64,000 nt of DNA from assembly GCF_053078305.1 (NCBI RefSeq), contig NZ_CP166879.1. One strand, 5' to 3'. A program made the position numbers and the translations under genes. The notes beneath the pieces were generated by a model. That model did not search any database. It had not been told where the DNA came from and saw only the letters and a list, made by a program, of their open reading frames with translations. Shown piece after piece: positions 32,229 to 44,116 of the stretch (positions are counted from its first letter, which is position 1; each line of letters starts with the position of its first letter).

Positions 32229-32419
32229 TATCCGGCATCGGTGCACAACCGCCGGATGCGGCGTGAACGCCTTATCCGGCCTACCGATCCGGCACAGGTT
32301 TGTAGGCATGATAAGACGCGCCAGCGTCGCATCAGGCATCCGCGCACAATTGCCGGATGCGGCACAAGTTTGTAGGCATGATAAGACGCGCTAGCGTCGC
32401 ATCAGGCATCCGCGCACAA
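32229..32419. repeat. REP/BIME cluster
   Basis: Three REP-like units (gccggatgcggcgtgaacgccttatccggcctac and tgtaggcatgataagacgcg...cgtcgcatcaggcatc, the latter twice). Confidence 0.8.
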
Positions 32420-32917
32420 TTATGAAATGATACGCTCCCCGGCACTAAAATCCGTTATGTTACCCGCCCAATCAATGGGATATAACCCTCGCGCCACATC
32501 GCGATGGAACGTTGAGAATGGCCAATCACTCACTTGCTTTACCCAGCCATGTTTCACTGGATTTATATAAATATAATCAACATGATGCCGATAATCTTTT
32601 GTATTACGGATGGCATGCTCCCAAAAACGCGGTTGCCAGATATTTTTCAATCCGCAAGCATGGGTGAACTGCTTTTTAATCTCTCTCCAGCGCGAGGAAA
32701 AATCATCATCGCCTTCAGGTAATGTCCATATGCAATGCATATGCTCTGGCAAAACGACCCAAGCGTTGATTTCAAAAGGTCTGTCTCGCTTAACTTTAAT
32801 AATAGCGTTACGGAGCATCTGGAACTGAGCGGTCAGAAGGTGGCTTCGACGATTTCGTAGGTTAACCGTGAAAAACCAGCTTCCCCCTTTGATGTAATAA
32901 CGACGATATTCAGACAT
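32420..32917 (-). CDS. rayT: REP-associated tyrosine transposase
   Basis: 165 aa ORF flanked on both sides by REP clusters. Confidence 0.85.
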   Translation of the reverse strand: MSEYRRYYIKGGSWFFTVNLRNRRSHLLTAQFQMLRNAIIKVKRDRPFEINAWVVLPEHMHCIWTLPEGDDDFSSRWREIKKQFTHACGLKNIWQPRFWEHAIRNTKDYRHHVDYIYINPVKHGWVKQVSDWPFSTFHRDVARGLYPIDWAGNITDFSAGERIIS

Positions 32918-33004
32918 GGCGACTCCTTTTTCTCAACGGTAAGAAGAAAAGGAAAGGTCGGCAATGAGGTGATGGAATAACAGGAAAGCGGCTCGCAAAA
33001 ACGC

Positions 33005-33096
33005 ACAGATTTGTAGGCATGATAAGACGCGCCAGCGTCGCATCAGGCATCTGCGTACAACTGCCGGATGCGGCGTGAATGCCTTATCCGTCCTAC
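33005..33096. repeat. REP/BIME cluster
   Basis: tgtaggcatgataagacgcgccagcgtcgcatcaggcat...gccggatgcggcgtgaatgccttatccg. Confidence 0.8.
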
Positions 33097-33842
33097 AAAA
33101 TCGTCTCCTCCGTCAAAATCCGGCGCGCGCCTAAAAAATGATCCTGCCAGAAAGGTTCAGCTAACCGACTTACCCGAATGGTTTCCCCGGTGCGCGGTGA
33201 CTCAATAAACTGACCGTCGCCCAGATACACCCCCATATGGTCGGCAATCTCGCGGCTGTGGATATGGAAAAACAGCAAATCTCCCCGGCGCAGGTCGTTA
33301 TTCGCCACAATCGTTGCCCGATGGTAGTGATACATCTCATTAGCCGTACGCGGGAGCTTCGCCTCGAGGATCTTGTTGTAGGCATAAAAAACCAACCCGC
33401 TACAGTCGAAGCCTTTATCGGGCCGCGTGCCGCCCCAGACGTAAGGCTTGCCAAGCTGCTGCTCCAGGCGGTGAATCGCCACTTCGGTGATGTTATGCAG
33501 GTGATCGCTGCTTAAAAAGTGGTTGTTTTCCGCCAGCGCCTGCCAGCGTCTGTCACTCGCCTTGAGCGGCGCAGGAAACCATTCTGGATGCTGTTTTATC
33601 TGCTCCCGGTTGTGCTGGCGTAGCGCCCTTCTGCTTTCGGCATTGCCTTCCACAATATAGCTGGCCTGTTTTTTCAGATGGGTTTGGTACTGTTTTAATA
33701 AACGCGCACGGTTTTGCATCCGCTGGCGAGCGGCGTAGCTGAAAGAGATATGTGATGTGGTGGCGCTGGCAAATGAAGAAAACGGCAAACAAATCAACAG
33801 TAATCCCGACAATACAAAGGATGGAATCGACGGCAAGGACAT
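33093..33842 (-). CDS. yafL: NlpC/P60-family peptidase YafL
   Basis: Start taken at MSLPSIPSFVLSGLLLICLPF (signal peptide), 249 aa; contains CSGLVFY (NlpC/P60 Cys region). Confidence 0.85.
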   Translation of the reverse strand: MSLPSIPSFVLSGLLLICLPFSSFASATTSHISFSYAARQRMQNRARLLKQYQTHLKKQASYIVEGNAESRRALRQHNREQIKQHPEWFPAPLKASDRRWQALAENNHFLSSDHLHNITEVAIHRLEQQLGKPYVWGGTRPDKGFDCSGLVFYAYNKILEAKLPRTANEMYHYHRATIVANNDLRRGDLLFFHIHSREIADHMGVYLGDGQFIESPRTGETIRVSRLAEPFWQDHFLGARRILTEETIL

Positions 33843-34019
33843 ACTCAATAATGGCTGGTCATGCTTTAATGTTGCAGTGTATCCCGGATCGTTTCTGAAC
33901 AAACTTAATAAACCATTATTATAAAATTAACATATATATTTCAGTGAATTATGTAAATACATCAGTTTATTGAATTGCTCATAAATTGCCGCTGTTGCTC
34001 AATTGAGCTACAATTCAAG

Positions 34020-34035
34020 CTGAATATATATACAG
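34020..34035. promoter_or_regulatory. LexA (SOS) box upstream of dinJ
   Basis: ctgaatatatatacag, CTG-N10-CAG. Confidence 0.65.
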
Positions 34036-34051
34036 CACAGGAGATACCCCA

Positions 34052-34312
34052 ATGGCTGCAAATGCATTTGTTCGCGCCCGAATCGATGAAGATCTGAAGA
34101 ATCAGGCGGCGGACGTACTGGCCGGGATGGGGCTGACCATCTCTGACCTGGTTCGCATAACCCTCACAAAGGTCGCGCGTGAAAAGGCATTGCCGTTTGA
34201 TTTACGCGAGCCTAATCAATTAACCATTCAATCAATCAAAAACAGCGAAGCTGGCGTTGGTGTTCATAAGGCCAAAGACGCCGATGATTTATTTGATAAA
34301 TTAGGAATTTAA
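34052..34312 (+). CDS. dinJ: Antitoxin DinJ
   Basis: 86 aa, MAANAFVRARIDEDLKNQAADVLAGMGLTISDLVR... Confidence 0.95.
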   Translation: MAANAFVRARIDEDLKNQAADVLAGMGLTISDLVRITLTKVAREKALPFDLREPNQLTIQSIKNSEAGVGVHKAKDADDLFDKLGI

Positions 34313-34314
34313 AT

Positions 34315-34593
34315 ATGATTCAAAGGGATATTGAATACTCGGGACAATTTTCAAAGGATGTAAAACTTGCACAAAAGCGTCATAAGGATATGAATAAATT
34401 GAAATATCTTATGACGCTTCTTATCAATAATACTTTACCGCTTCCAGCTGTTTATAAAGACCACCCGCTGCAAGGTTCATGGAAAGGTTATCGCGATGCT
34501 CATGTCGAACCGGACTGGCTCCTGATTTACAAACTTACCGATAAACTTTTACGATTTGAGAGAACTGGAACTCACGCGGCGCTCTTTGGGTAA
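34315..34593 (+). CDS. yafQ: Toxin YafQ (RelE-fold mRNA interferase)
   Basis: 92 aa ORF immediately downstream of dinJ. Confidence 0.95.
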   Translation: MIQRDIEYSGQFSKDVKLAQKRHKDMNKLKYLMTLLINNTLPLPAVYKDHPLQGSWKGYRDAHVEPDWLLIYKLTDKLLRFERTGTHAALFG

Positions 34594-34748
34594 AGCCCGC
34601 TGCCGATGAAATTTGTAAACCCTGCGCCGACAGGCTTGCGTAAAACTCTTTTGGTGATAATGTGAGCCTTCCAAATCCAGACTATTCCGATTTGGGATCC
34701 ATTTTGCCGTCTTGGCGTGTGTAACCGTTTTATCAAGGAATAAGCAGT

Positions 34749-35489
34749 ATGCGTAAAATCGCATTAATTCTTGCGATGTTGTTGATCCCGTGCGTTTCGT
34801 TTGCCGGTTTGCTGGGCAGCAGTAGCTCGACCACGCCAGTGAGCAAAGAGTATAAGCAGCAGTTGATGGGATCCCCTGTCTACATCCAGATCTTCAAGGA
34901 AGAACGTACGCTCGATCTCTACGTCAAAATGGGTGAGCAATATCAACTGCTCGACAGCTATAAAATCTGTAAATATTCCGGCGGCTTAGGGCCAAAACAG
35001 CGTCAGGGCGATTTCAAAAGCCCGGAAGGGTTTTATAGCGTCCAGCGTAATCAGTTAAAACCAGACAGCCGTTACTACAAAGCGATTAATATTGGTTTCC
35101 CCAATGCCTATGACCGTGCGCATGGTTATGAAGGGAAATACCTGATGATCCACGGCGATTGTGTTTCCATCGGCTGCTACGCAATGACCAATCAGGGTAT
35201 TGATGAGATCTTCCAGTTCGTTACTGGTGCGCTGGTGTTTGGTCAGCCGAGCGTGCAAGTGAGTATTTACCCGTTCCGCATGACCGACGCTAATATGAAG
35301 CGCCACAAATATTCCAACTTTAAGGACTTCTGGGAGCAACTGAAGCCAGGCTACGACTACTTTGAGCAAACCCGTAAGCCACCGACCGTTTCTGTGGTCA
35401 ATGGCCGTTACGTGGTCAGCAAGCCGTTAAGCCACGAAGTTGTGCAACCACAACTGGCATCAAACTACACGCTCCCCGAGGCAAAATAA
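34749..35489 (+). CDS. yafK: L,D-transpeptidase-family periplasmic protein YafK
   Basis: 246 aa ORF with signal peptide. Confidence 0.9.
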   Translation: MRKIALILAMLLIPCVSFAGLLGSSSSTTPVSKEYKQQLMGSPVYIQIFKEERTLDLYVKMGEQYQLLDSYKICKYSGGLGPKQRQGDFKSPEGFYSVQRNQLKPDSRYYKAINIGFPNAYDRAHGYEGKYLMIHGDCVSIGCYAMTNQGIDEIFQFVTGALVFGQPSVQVSIYPFRMTDANMKRHKYSNFKDFWEQLKPGYDYFEQTRKPPTVSVVNGRYVVSKPLSHEVVQPQLASNYTLPEAK

Positions 35490-36227
35490 GCGCCATTCGC
35501 CTGGCATAATCTTTTGCCAGGTTTCATTGCCCGTCAGCGGCTGTGTCGCAATCACCGTGACCACATCATTCGGTGTGGTCTGCGAGCTGAAGTCGATTTC
35601 TACATCCTGATCCAGCAACGTTGCCACGCCAAACGGCGCGCGGCGGGTGATCCAGTGTAAATTAGTCGAGCAATACGCCATTACATAGCGACCGTCCGAA
35701 AGCAGCATGTTGAAAACGCCCTTCGCCCGCAGTTCATCCGCCAGTGAGGCGATATATTTAAACACTGCCGCCATGTTGCCCGGCGTGCGCGGGTAACGCT
35801 GCGTTAATTTATGCAGGAGCCAGCAAAAGGCTTTTTCGCTGTCGGTTTCACCGACCGGGCGGAAGTTGCCGGTTTCCAGTGATTTGTAGCCCGTCAGTTG
35901 CCCGTTATGGGCATAAGTCCAGTTACGCCCCCATAACTCGCGGGTAAACGGGTGAGTATTTTCCAGCGCCACCTCGCCCCGATTAGCCTGGCGAATATGA
36001 GCCACCACCGAACAGGATTTTATCGGGTAGTCCTGGACCAGTTTGGCGATAGGTGAGTTAAAGCTGGGTTGCGGATCTTTAAATGTGCGACAGCCTTTAC
36101 CTTCGTAAAAGGTAATGCCCCAGCCATCTTTATGTGGCCCGGTTCCACCACCACGCTGCACCAGACCGGTGAAACTAAAGCAGATATCGGTAGGGACGTT
36201 GGCGCTCATCCCGAGCAATTCGCACAT
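35460..36227 (-). CDS. yafJ: Class II glutamine amidotransferase-like protein YafJ
   Basis: Start taken at [13 protein letters not shown] (255 aa); the track ORF starts 5 codons upstream. Confidence 0.85.
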   Translation of the reverse strand: MCELLGMSANVPTDICFSFTGLVQRGGGTGPHKDGWGITFYEGKGCRTFKDPQPSFNSPIAKLVQDYPIKSCSVVAHIRQANRGEVALENTHPFTRELWGRNWTYAHNGQLTGYKSLETGNFRPVGETDSEKAFCWLLHKLTQRYPRTPGNMAAVFKYIASLADELRAKGVFNMLLSDGRYVMAYCSTNLHWITRRAPFGVATLLDQDVEIDFSSQTTPNDVVTVIATQPLTGNETWQKIMPGEWRLFCLGERVV

Positions 36228-36291
36228 GGGTAACCTCCACAACAGCGGGAGCGCATGGCCCCCGGCGAAGATTGATTTAAGAATTTTCAGG

Positions 36292-36428
36292 TCGGATGCG
36301 GCGTGAACGCATTATTCGGCCTACGGTTCGCGTACAGATTTGTAGGCATGATAAGACGCGTCAGCGTCGCATCAGGCATCGGTGCACAATTGCCGGATGC
36401 GGCGTAAACGTCTTATCCGGCCTACGCC
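36292..36428. repeat. REP/BIME cluster
   Basis: Same REP consensus units as at 32229-32419. Confidence 0.8.
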
Positions 36429-36432
36429 AGAC

Positions 36433-37011
36433 TTACTTAACCATCTCTTTTTCAATCAACTGGATCAGGATATGGATCACTTTAATGTGAATCTCCTGAA
36501 TGCGGTCGGCATAACCAAAGTGCGGTACGCGAATTTCGATATCCGCCGTGCCAGCCATTTTGCCGCCGTCTTTACCGGTCAGGGTGATCACTTTCATTCC
36601 CTTCTCACGCGCCGCTGCGATCGCTTTGATCACGTTTGCAGAGTTACCGGAGGTGGAGATCCCCAGCAGTACATCGCCTTCGCGACCTACCGCTTCAACG
36701 TAACGGGAGAAAATATCATTGAAACCGAAATCGTTACCGACGCAGGAAATATGACTAACGTCAGAAATAGCAATCGCCGGGTAGCCCGGACGGTTTTCAC
36801 GGTAGCGACCGGTCAACTCTTCGGCAAAGTGCATAGCGTCGCAATGGGAACCGCCGTTGCCGCAGGAAAGCACTTTGCCACCGGCTTTAAAGCTGTCTGC
36901 TAACAGGACCGCCGCGCGCTGAATGGCGTGAATATTGGCGTCATCTTTTAAAAAGTTAGCCAGCGTTTCCGCCGCTTCGTTCAGTTCGTTACGAATAAGA
37001 TCCTGGTACAT
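36433..37011 (-). CDS. gmhA: Phosphoheptose isomerase
   Basis: Start taken at [20 protein letters not shown] (192 aa); the track ORF extends 54 codons upstream. Confidence 0.95.
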
Positions 37012-37250
37012 GAGGATATCCTTCAGCATAAATGTAATAGACAAAATGCAGTGTACCGGATACCGCCAAAAGCGAGAAGTACGGGCAGGTGCTATGACCA
37101 GGACTTTTTGACCTGAAGTGCGGATAAAAACAGCAACAATGTGAGCTTTGTTGTAATTATATTGTAAACACATTGCTAAATGTTTTTACATCCACTACAA
37201 CCATATCATCACAAGTGGTCAGACCTCCTACAAGTAAGGGGCTTTTCGTT

Positions 37251-39695
37251 ATGATGATTTTGAGTATTCTCGCTACGGTTGTCCTGCTCGGCGCGTTGTT
37301 CTATCACCGCGTGAGCTTATTTATCAGCAGTCTGATTTTGCTCGCCTGGACAGCCGCCCTCGGCGTTGCTGGTCTGTGGTCGGCGTGGGTACTGGTGCCT
37401 CTGGCCATTATCCTCGTGCCATTTAACTTTGCGCCTATGCGTAAGTCGATGATTTCCGCGCCGGTATTTCGCGGTTTCCGTAAGGTGATGCCGCCGATGT
37501 CGCGCACTGAGAAAGAAGCGATTGATGCGGGCACCACCTGGTGGGAGGGCGACTTGTTCCAGGGCAAGCCGGACTGGAAAAAGCTGCATAACTATCCGCA
37601 GCCGCGCCTGACGGCTGAAGAGCAAGCGTTTCTCGACGGCCCGGTAGAAGAAGCCTGCCGGATGGCGAATGATTTCCAGATCACCCATGAGCTGGCTGAT
37701 TTGCCGCCGGAGTTGTGGGCGTACCTTAAAGAGCATCGCTTCTTCGCGATGATCATCAAAAAAGAGTACGGCGGGCTGGAGTTCTCGGCTTATGCCCAGT
37801 CTCGTGTGCTGCAAAAACTCTCCGGCGTGAGCGGGATCCTGGCGATTACCGTCGGCGTGCCGAACTCATTAGGCCCGGGCGAGCTGCTGCAACATTACGG
37901 CACTGACGAGCAGAAAGATCACTATCTGCCGCGTCTGGCGCGTGGTCAGGAAATCCCTTGCTTTGCACTAACCAGCCCGGAAGCGGGTTCCGATGCGGGC
38001 GCGATTCCGGATACCGGGATTGTCTGCATGGGTGAATGGCAGGGCCAGCAGGTGCTGGGCATGCGACTGACCTGGAACAAACGCTACATTACGCTGGCAC
38101 CGATTGCGACCGTGCTGGGTCTGGCATTTAAACTCTCCGACCCGGAAAAATTGCTGGGTGGCGCAGAAGATTTAGGTATTACCTGTGCGCTGATCCCGAC
38201 CACCACGCCGGGCGTGGAAATTGGTCGTCGCCACTTCCCGCTGAACGTACCGTTCCAGAACGGACCGACGCGCGGTAAAGATGTCTTCGTGCCGATCGAT
38301 TACATCATCGGCGGGCCGAAAATGGCCGGGCAAGGCTGGCGGATGCTGGTGGAGTGCCTCTCGGTAGGCCGCGGCATCACACTGCCTTCCAACTCAACCG
38401 GCGGCGTGAAATCGGTAGCGCTGGCAACCGGCGCGTATGCTCACATTCGCCGTCAGTTCAAAATCTCTATCGGTAAGATGGAAGGGATTGAAGAGCCGCT
38501 GGCGCGTATTGCCGGGAACGCTTATGTAATGGATGCTGCGGCATCGCTGATTACCTACGGCATTATGCTCGGCGAAAAACCTGCCGTGCTGTCGGCTATC
38601 GTTAAGTATCACTGTACCCACCGCGGGCAGCAGTCGATTATTGATGCGATGGATATTACCGGCGGTAAAGGCATTATGCTCGGGCAAAGCAACTTCCTGG
38701 CGCGTGCTTACCAGGGCGCACCGATTGCCATCACCGTTGAAGGGGCTAACATTCTGACCCGCAGCATGATGATCTTCGGACAAGGAGCGATTCGTTGCCA
38801 TCCGTACGTGCTGGAAGAGATGGAAGCGGCGAAGAACAATGACGTCAACGCGTTCGATAAACTGTTGTTCAAACATATCGGTCACGTCGGTAGCAACAAA
38901 GTTCGCAGCTTCTGGCTGGGCCTGACGCGCGGTTTAACCAGCAGCACGCCAACCGGCGATGCCACTAAACGCTACTATCAGCATCTTAACCGCCTGAGCG
39001 CCAACCTCGCCCTGCTTTCTGATGTCTCGATGGCAGTGCTGGGCGGCAGCCTGAAACGTCGTGAGCGTATCTCGGCACGTCTGGGGGATATTTTAAGCCA
39101 GCTTTACCTCGCCTCTGCCGTTCTGAAGCGTTATGACGACGAAGGCCGTAATGAAGCCGATCTGCCGCTGGTGCACTGGGGCGTACAGGATGCGCTGTAT
39201 CAGGCAGAACAGGCGATGGACGATTTACTGCAAAACTTCCCGAACCGCGTGGTTGCCGGGCTGCTGAATGTGGTGATCTTCCCGACCGGACGTCATTATC
39301 TGGCACCGTCTGACAAGCTGGATCATAAAGTGGCGAAGATTTTACAAGTGCCGAACGCCACTCGTTCACGTATTGGTCGCGGTCAGTACCTGACGCCAAG
39401 CGAGCATAACCCGGTTGGTTTACTGGAAGAGGCGTTGGTGGATGTGATTGCCGCCGACCCGATTCATCAGCGGATCTGTAAAGAGCTGGGTAAAAATCTG
39501 CCATTTACCCGTCTGGATGAACTGGCGCACAACGCGCTGGCGAAGGGGCTGATTGATAAAGATGAAGCCGCTATTCTGGTGAAAGCGGAAGAAAGCCGTC
39601 TGCGCAGTATTAACGTTGATGATTTTGATCCGGAAGAGCTGGCGACGAAGCCGGTAAAGTTGCCGGAGAAAGTGCGGAAAGTTGAAGCCGCGTAA
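37251..39695 (+). CDS. fadE: Acyl-CoA dehydrogenase FadE
   Basis: Start taken at [19 protein letters not shown] (814 aa). Confidence 0.95.
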   Translation: MMILSILATVVLLGALFYHRVSLFISSLILLAWTAALGVAGLWSAWVLVPLAIILVPFNFAPMRKSMISAPVFRGFRKVMPPMSRTEKEAIDAGTTWWEGDLFQGKPDWKKLHNYPQPRLTAEEQAFLDGPVEEACRMANDFQITHELADLPPELWAYLKEHRFFAMIIKKEYGGLEFSAYAQSRVLQKLSGVSGILAITVGVPNSLGPGELLQHYGTDEQKDHYLPRLARGQEIPCFALTSPEAGSDAGAIPDTGIVCMGEWQGQQVLGMRLTWNKRYITLAPIATVLGLAFKLSDPEKLLGGAEDLGITCALIPTTTPGVEIGRRHFPLNVPFQNGPTRGKDVFVPIDYIIGGPKMAGQGWRMLVECLSVGRGITLPSNSTGGVKSVALATGAYAHIRRQFKISIGKMEGIEEPLARIAGNAYVMDAAASLITYGIMLGEKPAVLSAIVKYHCTHRGQQSIIDAMDITGGKGIMLGQSNFLARAYQGAPIAITVEGANILTRSMMIFGQGAIRCHPYVLEEMEAAKNNDVNAFDKLLFKHIGHVGSNKVRSFWLGLTRGLTSSTPTGDATKRYYQHLNRLSANLALLSDVSMAVLGGSLKRRERISARLGDILSQLYLASAVLKRYDDEGRNEADLPLVHWGVQDALYQAEQAMDDLLQNFPNRVVAGLLNVVIFPTGRHYLAPSDKLDHKVAKILQVPNATRSRIGRGQYLTPSEHNPVGLLEEALVDVIAADPIHQRICKELGKNLPFTRLDELAHNALAKGLIDKDEAAILVKAEESRLRSINVDDFDPEELATKPVKLPEKVRKVEAA

Positions 39696-39702
39696 TTGAA
39701 TA

Positions 39703-39728
39703 ACGGAGCCGAAAGGCTCCGTTTCTTT
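39703..39728. terminator. Bidirectional rho-independent terminator between fadE and ivy
   Basis: ggagcc/gaaa/ggctcc hairpin followed by gtttcttt. Confidence 0.65.
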
Positions 39729-39737
39729 ATCCGCTAA

Positions 39738-40211
39738 TTATTTAAAATTAAAGCCATCCGGATGGTTTTCCAGGCTGCCGGTCAACGCCGCGAACAGCAC
39801 CGTTTTACCATCAATCGAAAGCGCATCGTTCACATTCAACCAGGTGAGTTTCTCTTGCGACGTTTTCTCATCAATAGTCGAGAACAGCCCCGTCATCTGA
39901 TTAGATTTCTCGGACCACATCACAGCGATACGTTGCGAGCCACAGTCATGCGGTTTGCACGCGCTCATCACCTGATACGTCTCTTCTCCCAATGTCACGG
40001 TTTGTGCAGGGGTATAAGTACCGCCTTTCATCACCCAGGCAGGCAGCTTATGCCCTTGCACCATCTGATTAAATGCAGCTTTGGTGGTTTCGCCCTTTGC
40101 AAGGCTGCTAATGGTTAAATCATCCTGCGCCATTGCACTGGTGGCGATGACCAGTGCGGCGACTGTCGTTATTGCCTTAAACATCATTCCTCCCGAGCTT
40201 ATCCTGCCCAT
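39738..40211 (-). CDS. ivy: Inhibitor of vertebrate lysozyme
   Basis: 157 aa ORF with signal peptide, MGRISSGGMMFKAITTVAALVIATSAMAQ... Confidence 0.9.
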   Translation of the reverse strand: MGRISSGGMMFKAITTVAALVIATSAMAQDDLTISSLAKGETTKAAFNQMVQGHKLPAWVMKGGTYTPAQTVTLGEETYQVMSACKPHDCGSQRIAVMWSEKSNQMTGLFSTIDEKTSQEKLTWLNVNDALSIDGKTVLFAALTGSLENHPDGFNFK

Positions 40212-40364
40212 GTAATTAACCTCCTAAAGCCTGGCGATAACACGATAATTTGCAAATCAGATATTTCCAATATCAGCATTTGTTATCAATTTATTCTGCG
40301 CTAAGGCAACTGCCTGATAAGGTGTTAAAGTTATAAAACCCTTCGCATAAAGGAGTTGTACACC

Positions 40365-41135
40365 GTGCCTGGTTTGAAGATTACGCTTTTGCAGCAACCA
40401 CTGGTGTGGATGGATGGTCCTGCCAACCTGCGTCATTTTGATCGTCAACTGGAAGGTATTACCGGGCGCGATGTGATCGTTCTACCGGAGATGTTTACCA
40501 GCGGCTTTGCCATGGAAGCGGCAGCTTCGTCGCTAGCGCAAGATGACGTAGTGAACTGGATGACAGCTAAAGCGCAGCAGTGCAATGCGCTGATTGCAGG
40601 CAGTGTTGCATTACAAACGGAGTCTGGTTCGGTTAACCGCTTTTTGCTGGTTGAGCCGGGCGGCACGGTACATTTTTATGACAAGCGTCATCTGTTCCGA
40701 ATGGCAGATGAGCATCTGCATTATAAAGCGGGCAATGCGCGAGTGATTGTGGAATGGCGCGGCTGGCGTATTTTGCCGCTGGTGTGCTACGACTTACGTT
40801 TTCCGGTGTGGTCGCGCAATCTCAACGATTACGACCTCGCCCTGTACGTCGCCAACTGGCCTGCTCCGCGCTCTCTGCACTGGCAGGCATTGCTGACGGC
40901 CCGCGCGATTGAGAATCAGGCGTATGTGGCGGGATGTAATCGCGTCGGCAGCGATGGCAACGGCTGCCATTATCGCGGTGACAGCCGGGTGATTAATCCA
41001 CAGGGCGAGATTATCGCTACTGCCGACGCGCATCAGGCAACGCGCATTGATGCGGAGCTGTCGATGATGGCATTGCGGGAATATAGAGAAAAGTTTCCGG
41101 CATGGCAGGATGCGGATGAGTTTAGGTTACGGTGA
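40365..41135 (+). CDS. yafV: Nitrilase-family omega-amidase YafV
   Basis: GTG start at VPGLKITLLQQPLVWMDG (256 aa); carbon-nitrogen hydrolase fold. Confidence 0.88.
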   Translation: MPGLKITLLQQPLVWMDGPANLRHFDRQLEGITGRDVIVLPEMFTSGFAMEAAASSLAQDDVVNWMTAKAQQCNALIAGSVALQTESGSVNRFLLVEPGGTVHFYDKRHLFRMADEHLHYKAGNARVIVEWRGWRILPLVCYDLRFPVWSRNLNDYDLALYVANWPAPRSLHWQALLTARAIENQAYVAGCNRVGSDGNGCHYRGDSRVINPQGEIIATADAHQATRIDAELSMMALREYREKFPAWQDADEFRLR

Positions 41136-41244
41136 GTAGGTGCTGTGTTTAGGGCGGGGAATTCAGAAAGGGATGTTTAGTATGCTGAGCGAGAGTTAAA
41201 TAATAAAAAGCTGGGAAGATTTAATAATCATCCCGGTTTTTATT

Positions 41245-41508
41245 TTATGATTTTTTATTAATTTCACTTATCCATATTTTAAATTCCTTTACTAAATAAG
41301 GATTTTCATTCTTTGATAATATTTCTTGTAGATATCGACAAGTCTCTTTATTTCCCATATCAAGTACGTATAAAGCAATCGAATCAACGATATCATTCTC
41401 AAAAGAATCAATAGCAGCACAATATATGTTTATTAAATCTCGCAAACCATCATTAACATCTACTTCCAGCTTATTTAAAGCTTCATTATATTGATGTCGG
41501 ATACTCAT
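41245..41508 (-). CDS. Hypothetical small protein (87 aa)
   Basis: AT-rich ORF at the edge of the acquired T6SS-distal block. Confidence 0.35.
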   Translation of the reverse strand: MSIRHQYNEALNKLEVDVNDGLRDLINIYCAAIDSFENDIVDSIALYVLDMGNKETCRYLQEILSKNENPYLVKEFKIWISEINKKS

Positions 41509-41556
41509 AAAACCTCACATTAGTTATATAGGAGCCGCCCCGAAAACAGGGCAAGA

Positions 41557-42693
41557 TTACGAAAGCCCGCACCCCGCAAGGACTGACGCGAGGTAGTTTC
41601 TGTCCATGGCTGCTTTTCTCATCTTACGTCTTAGCCCTGCCTTGAATACCTTATCATTCGTCAAAATATTAATAGTGATATGCCTTATCCCTGAAAATAA
41701 TTCTGCTGCATTTCCTCTTCTTATTCTGCAGTCGTCTTCATTCATTATCACGTCCAGGCGCCAGTGCAGCTTATTTTCCACGTGCCAGTGATTCCGGATC
41801 GCTGTGGCGAACTTCTCTGCAGTTAAATCAGCAGAGCTGATATAATATCTGACCGTCATTTCGGGCTCTTTCTTTTGTTCTGCTATTATTGACCGAAAGG
41901 AGACTGCCATGCATAATTTTTTTAGTCCTTTCCATTCAAACGTGAAATCAATAAGTTCATCAGGGACATCGCAAACAATATGAAGACGGGTTTCTTCTCT
42001 GCCGTGACTCTTTTCACTTATTTCGTAACTGTCATGCTTTGGATTATTTAATTCTTTCAGCGGGAATTTTTCCTCAAAGGCTTTATTTAGTCGCCCCTGA
42101 TTTCCCTTTACAGCGAATAAATAATCACCTCCCTGTTTTTGTATCTTTTCTGCAATATCTTTCTGGCAACCCATCGCATCAGTTGTGATGATTTTTCCTT
42201 TAATATCCATCATGTTAAGAAGTTCAGGAATAGCTGTAATCTCATTGGATTTCTCATCCGTCTTGATCTGCCCGAGGACCAGACTGTGCATAGTTGAGAA
42301 CGCACTAATGACATGAATCGCTCCCCTGCAGCGACTCTTGTCATAAGAGTGCCGGAGCGTTGTTCCATCAATTGCAATAACGTCTTTATCATTTGAGGAA
42401 TGGCGGTCACGCATTCAGTTAATAAAGCACTCGTGAAATTTTGTAGGACTGATACAGGATACAACTCTGGCAATGGTATCGTGAACAGGAATACCATTTT
42501 CAAAATCACCATATTGCTTCAAAAAATCGAGATATGTTTCACCAAAATCCTCTATATCTTCCCAACCCTCTGCACCAGAAATGACGGCACAAATAGTCAA
42601 CAGTAGAATATCTGACAATTTATGTTCCACTTTCCAGGCTTGTCTGTAATCGGGGATAATAGAAATATGTTCCATCAACTTTTTAAGTTCCAT
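41557..42693 (-). pseudogene. ISAs1-family (H-repeat-associated) transposase with in-frame TGA
   Basis: ORFs 42415..42693 (92 aa) and 41557..42414 (285 aa) are in the same frame, separated only by TGA at 42417-42415 (...[16 protein letters not shown]...). Confidence 0.7.
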
Positions 42694-43031
42694 TTTGTTC
42701 TCCTTATTTATGCAAGGAGTATTTGATCATGTATAAGCAATAAAAAACAGCTTCAGGTAATGAGGAATATCTCAATTTTTAAACATAAAATGCTAATTAT
42801 TTAGTACAAAAAGTGTACTTCTGATGATCTTTCCCTGACCTGTAACCGCTTTGATTCCAAACGAATATCTTTTAATGACATAATAAATTTATATTCATTC
42901 AGTCTTCAGGTAAACAAAATAGACACTATAAATAATAGTTATCATGAAAATTCATAAACACCATCTATTCTATGAGATGATTATCAGTAATTATGGAAAC
43001 ATCAGCAACATGCTTATGAGATGGTATACAT

Positions 43032-43526
43032 TCACTGAGATATTTCCGTTTCTGTGATTAATACCGGATAAGCATTTAATTGCAAAAGCTGCATCAGATT
43101 ATCGCAGACAACAGGCACCAATAATAATCCATCAGCCTGCTTATTTAATAGTTCCATTCGGTCTGCTGATGCAACATTCACAACCAAACCGAGGGCATTT
43201 AGCGATTTAAACTTCTCCAGGTGTTCACTCATCCATCGCAGAGAAAAAGGATCATCGCCAATTATAAAAACAGGTCCCCAGCCAGTTAATAACTGACGTT
43301 TCGTTACAGTACCGGGATGAAGTTGAGTACATATTACAGGAAATACCCCCTGTCGTGATGGCTCCGATGACGAATGTAATTCAGAAACATTTCCTGTTGT
43401 CAACGAAAGATTAATACCCATGAGTAATCGCGAAACGCTCTCACTTTCCTGGTTAGTTCGCCAAACAAGGGTTGCACTAGTCTGAAAAGAAAAAAATATT
43501 ATTATATATAAACATAGTTTTAACAT
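43032..43526 (-). CDS. Hypothetical secreted protein (164 aa)
   Basis: ORF with N-terminal hydrophobic signal-like segment. Confidence 0.35.
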   Translation of the reverse strand: MLKLCLYIIIFFSFQTSATLVWRTNQESESVSRLLMGINLSLTTGNVSELHSSSEPSRQGVFPVICTQLHPGTVTKRQLLTGWGPVFIIGDDPFSLRWMSEHLEKFKSLNALGLVVNVASADRMELLNKQADGLLLVPVVCDNLMQLLQLNAYPVLITETEISQ

Positions 43527-43564
43527 AATACAATCAGTCCATTTAATTCATGCTATAAAACAAC

Positions 43565-44116
43565 TCATTGATTAATTGGCAAGGTACCATCCCGGTTAAA
43601 ATCATCAAATATTTTATCAATTTCCTTTGCGGTTTCTATATATATAATCTCCTTTGTCCTTGCATTAAATATAGCCCAAGCCTCGGGGTTGGACGTCCCA
43701 CCAAATCTTACAAAAAAATTTGACTTCATGTTTTTATATAAATTAATTTCTGGAAAAGGATCTTCTCCAATATTAGAAATATTAGGGGGTGTAAATTTAT
43801 GTCTTTCAGAAAACTCTTTTGGTAAGATAGTTTCACTGCCATTTATGGTATTTATCCAGAAACTACTACCATTATATTCCAGCATTAAGCGCAGTTTTAA
43901 CGGTATTTTATCTTGTTCTTTAACGACAACTAATACCTTTTTAACAACCTGCTGTGCCGACGGTCCTATTGTATTCCAAAGAGATAGTAAACCACTTTTA
44001 CTATACACAACTTCCTGAATAAAATAAATATTCGTTTTATCACCTTCGATAACATCTTCCATTAATCCCTCCAGACACAACCAAATTACATGGCAAGAGT
44101 ATAATTCTAATGCCAC
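43565..44116 (-). CDS. Hypothetical protein (183 aa), possible orphan immunity protein
   Basis: ORF only; location in the effector/immunity tail. Confidence 0.35.
   Translation of the reverse strand: MALELYSCHVIWLCLEGLMEDVIEGDKTNIYFIQEVVYSKSGLLSLWNTIGPSAQQVVKKVLVVVKEQDKIPLKLRLMLEYNGSSFWINTINGSETILPKEFSERHKFTPPNISNIGEDPFPEINLYKNMKSNFFVRFGGTSNPEAWAIFNARTKEIIYIETAKEIDKIFDDFNRDGTLPINQ

Noticed and set aside
30722-32365. Minus-strand ORFs 30722..31180, 31223..31603 and 31709..32365
   Set aside because: Antisense to the FlhA-like remnant or running through REP elements; Arg/His-rich composition.
37317-39504. Minus-strand ORFs 37317..37814, 38394..38885 and 38986..39504 inside fadE
   Set aside because: Antisense to fadE; Arg/His-rich, no motifs.
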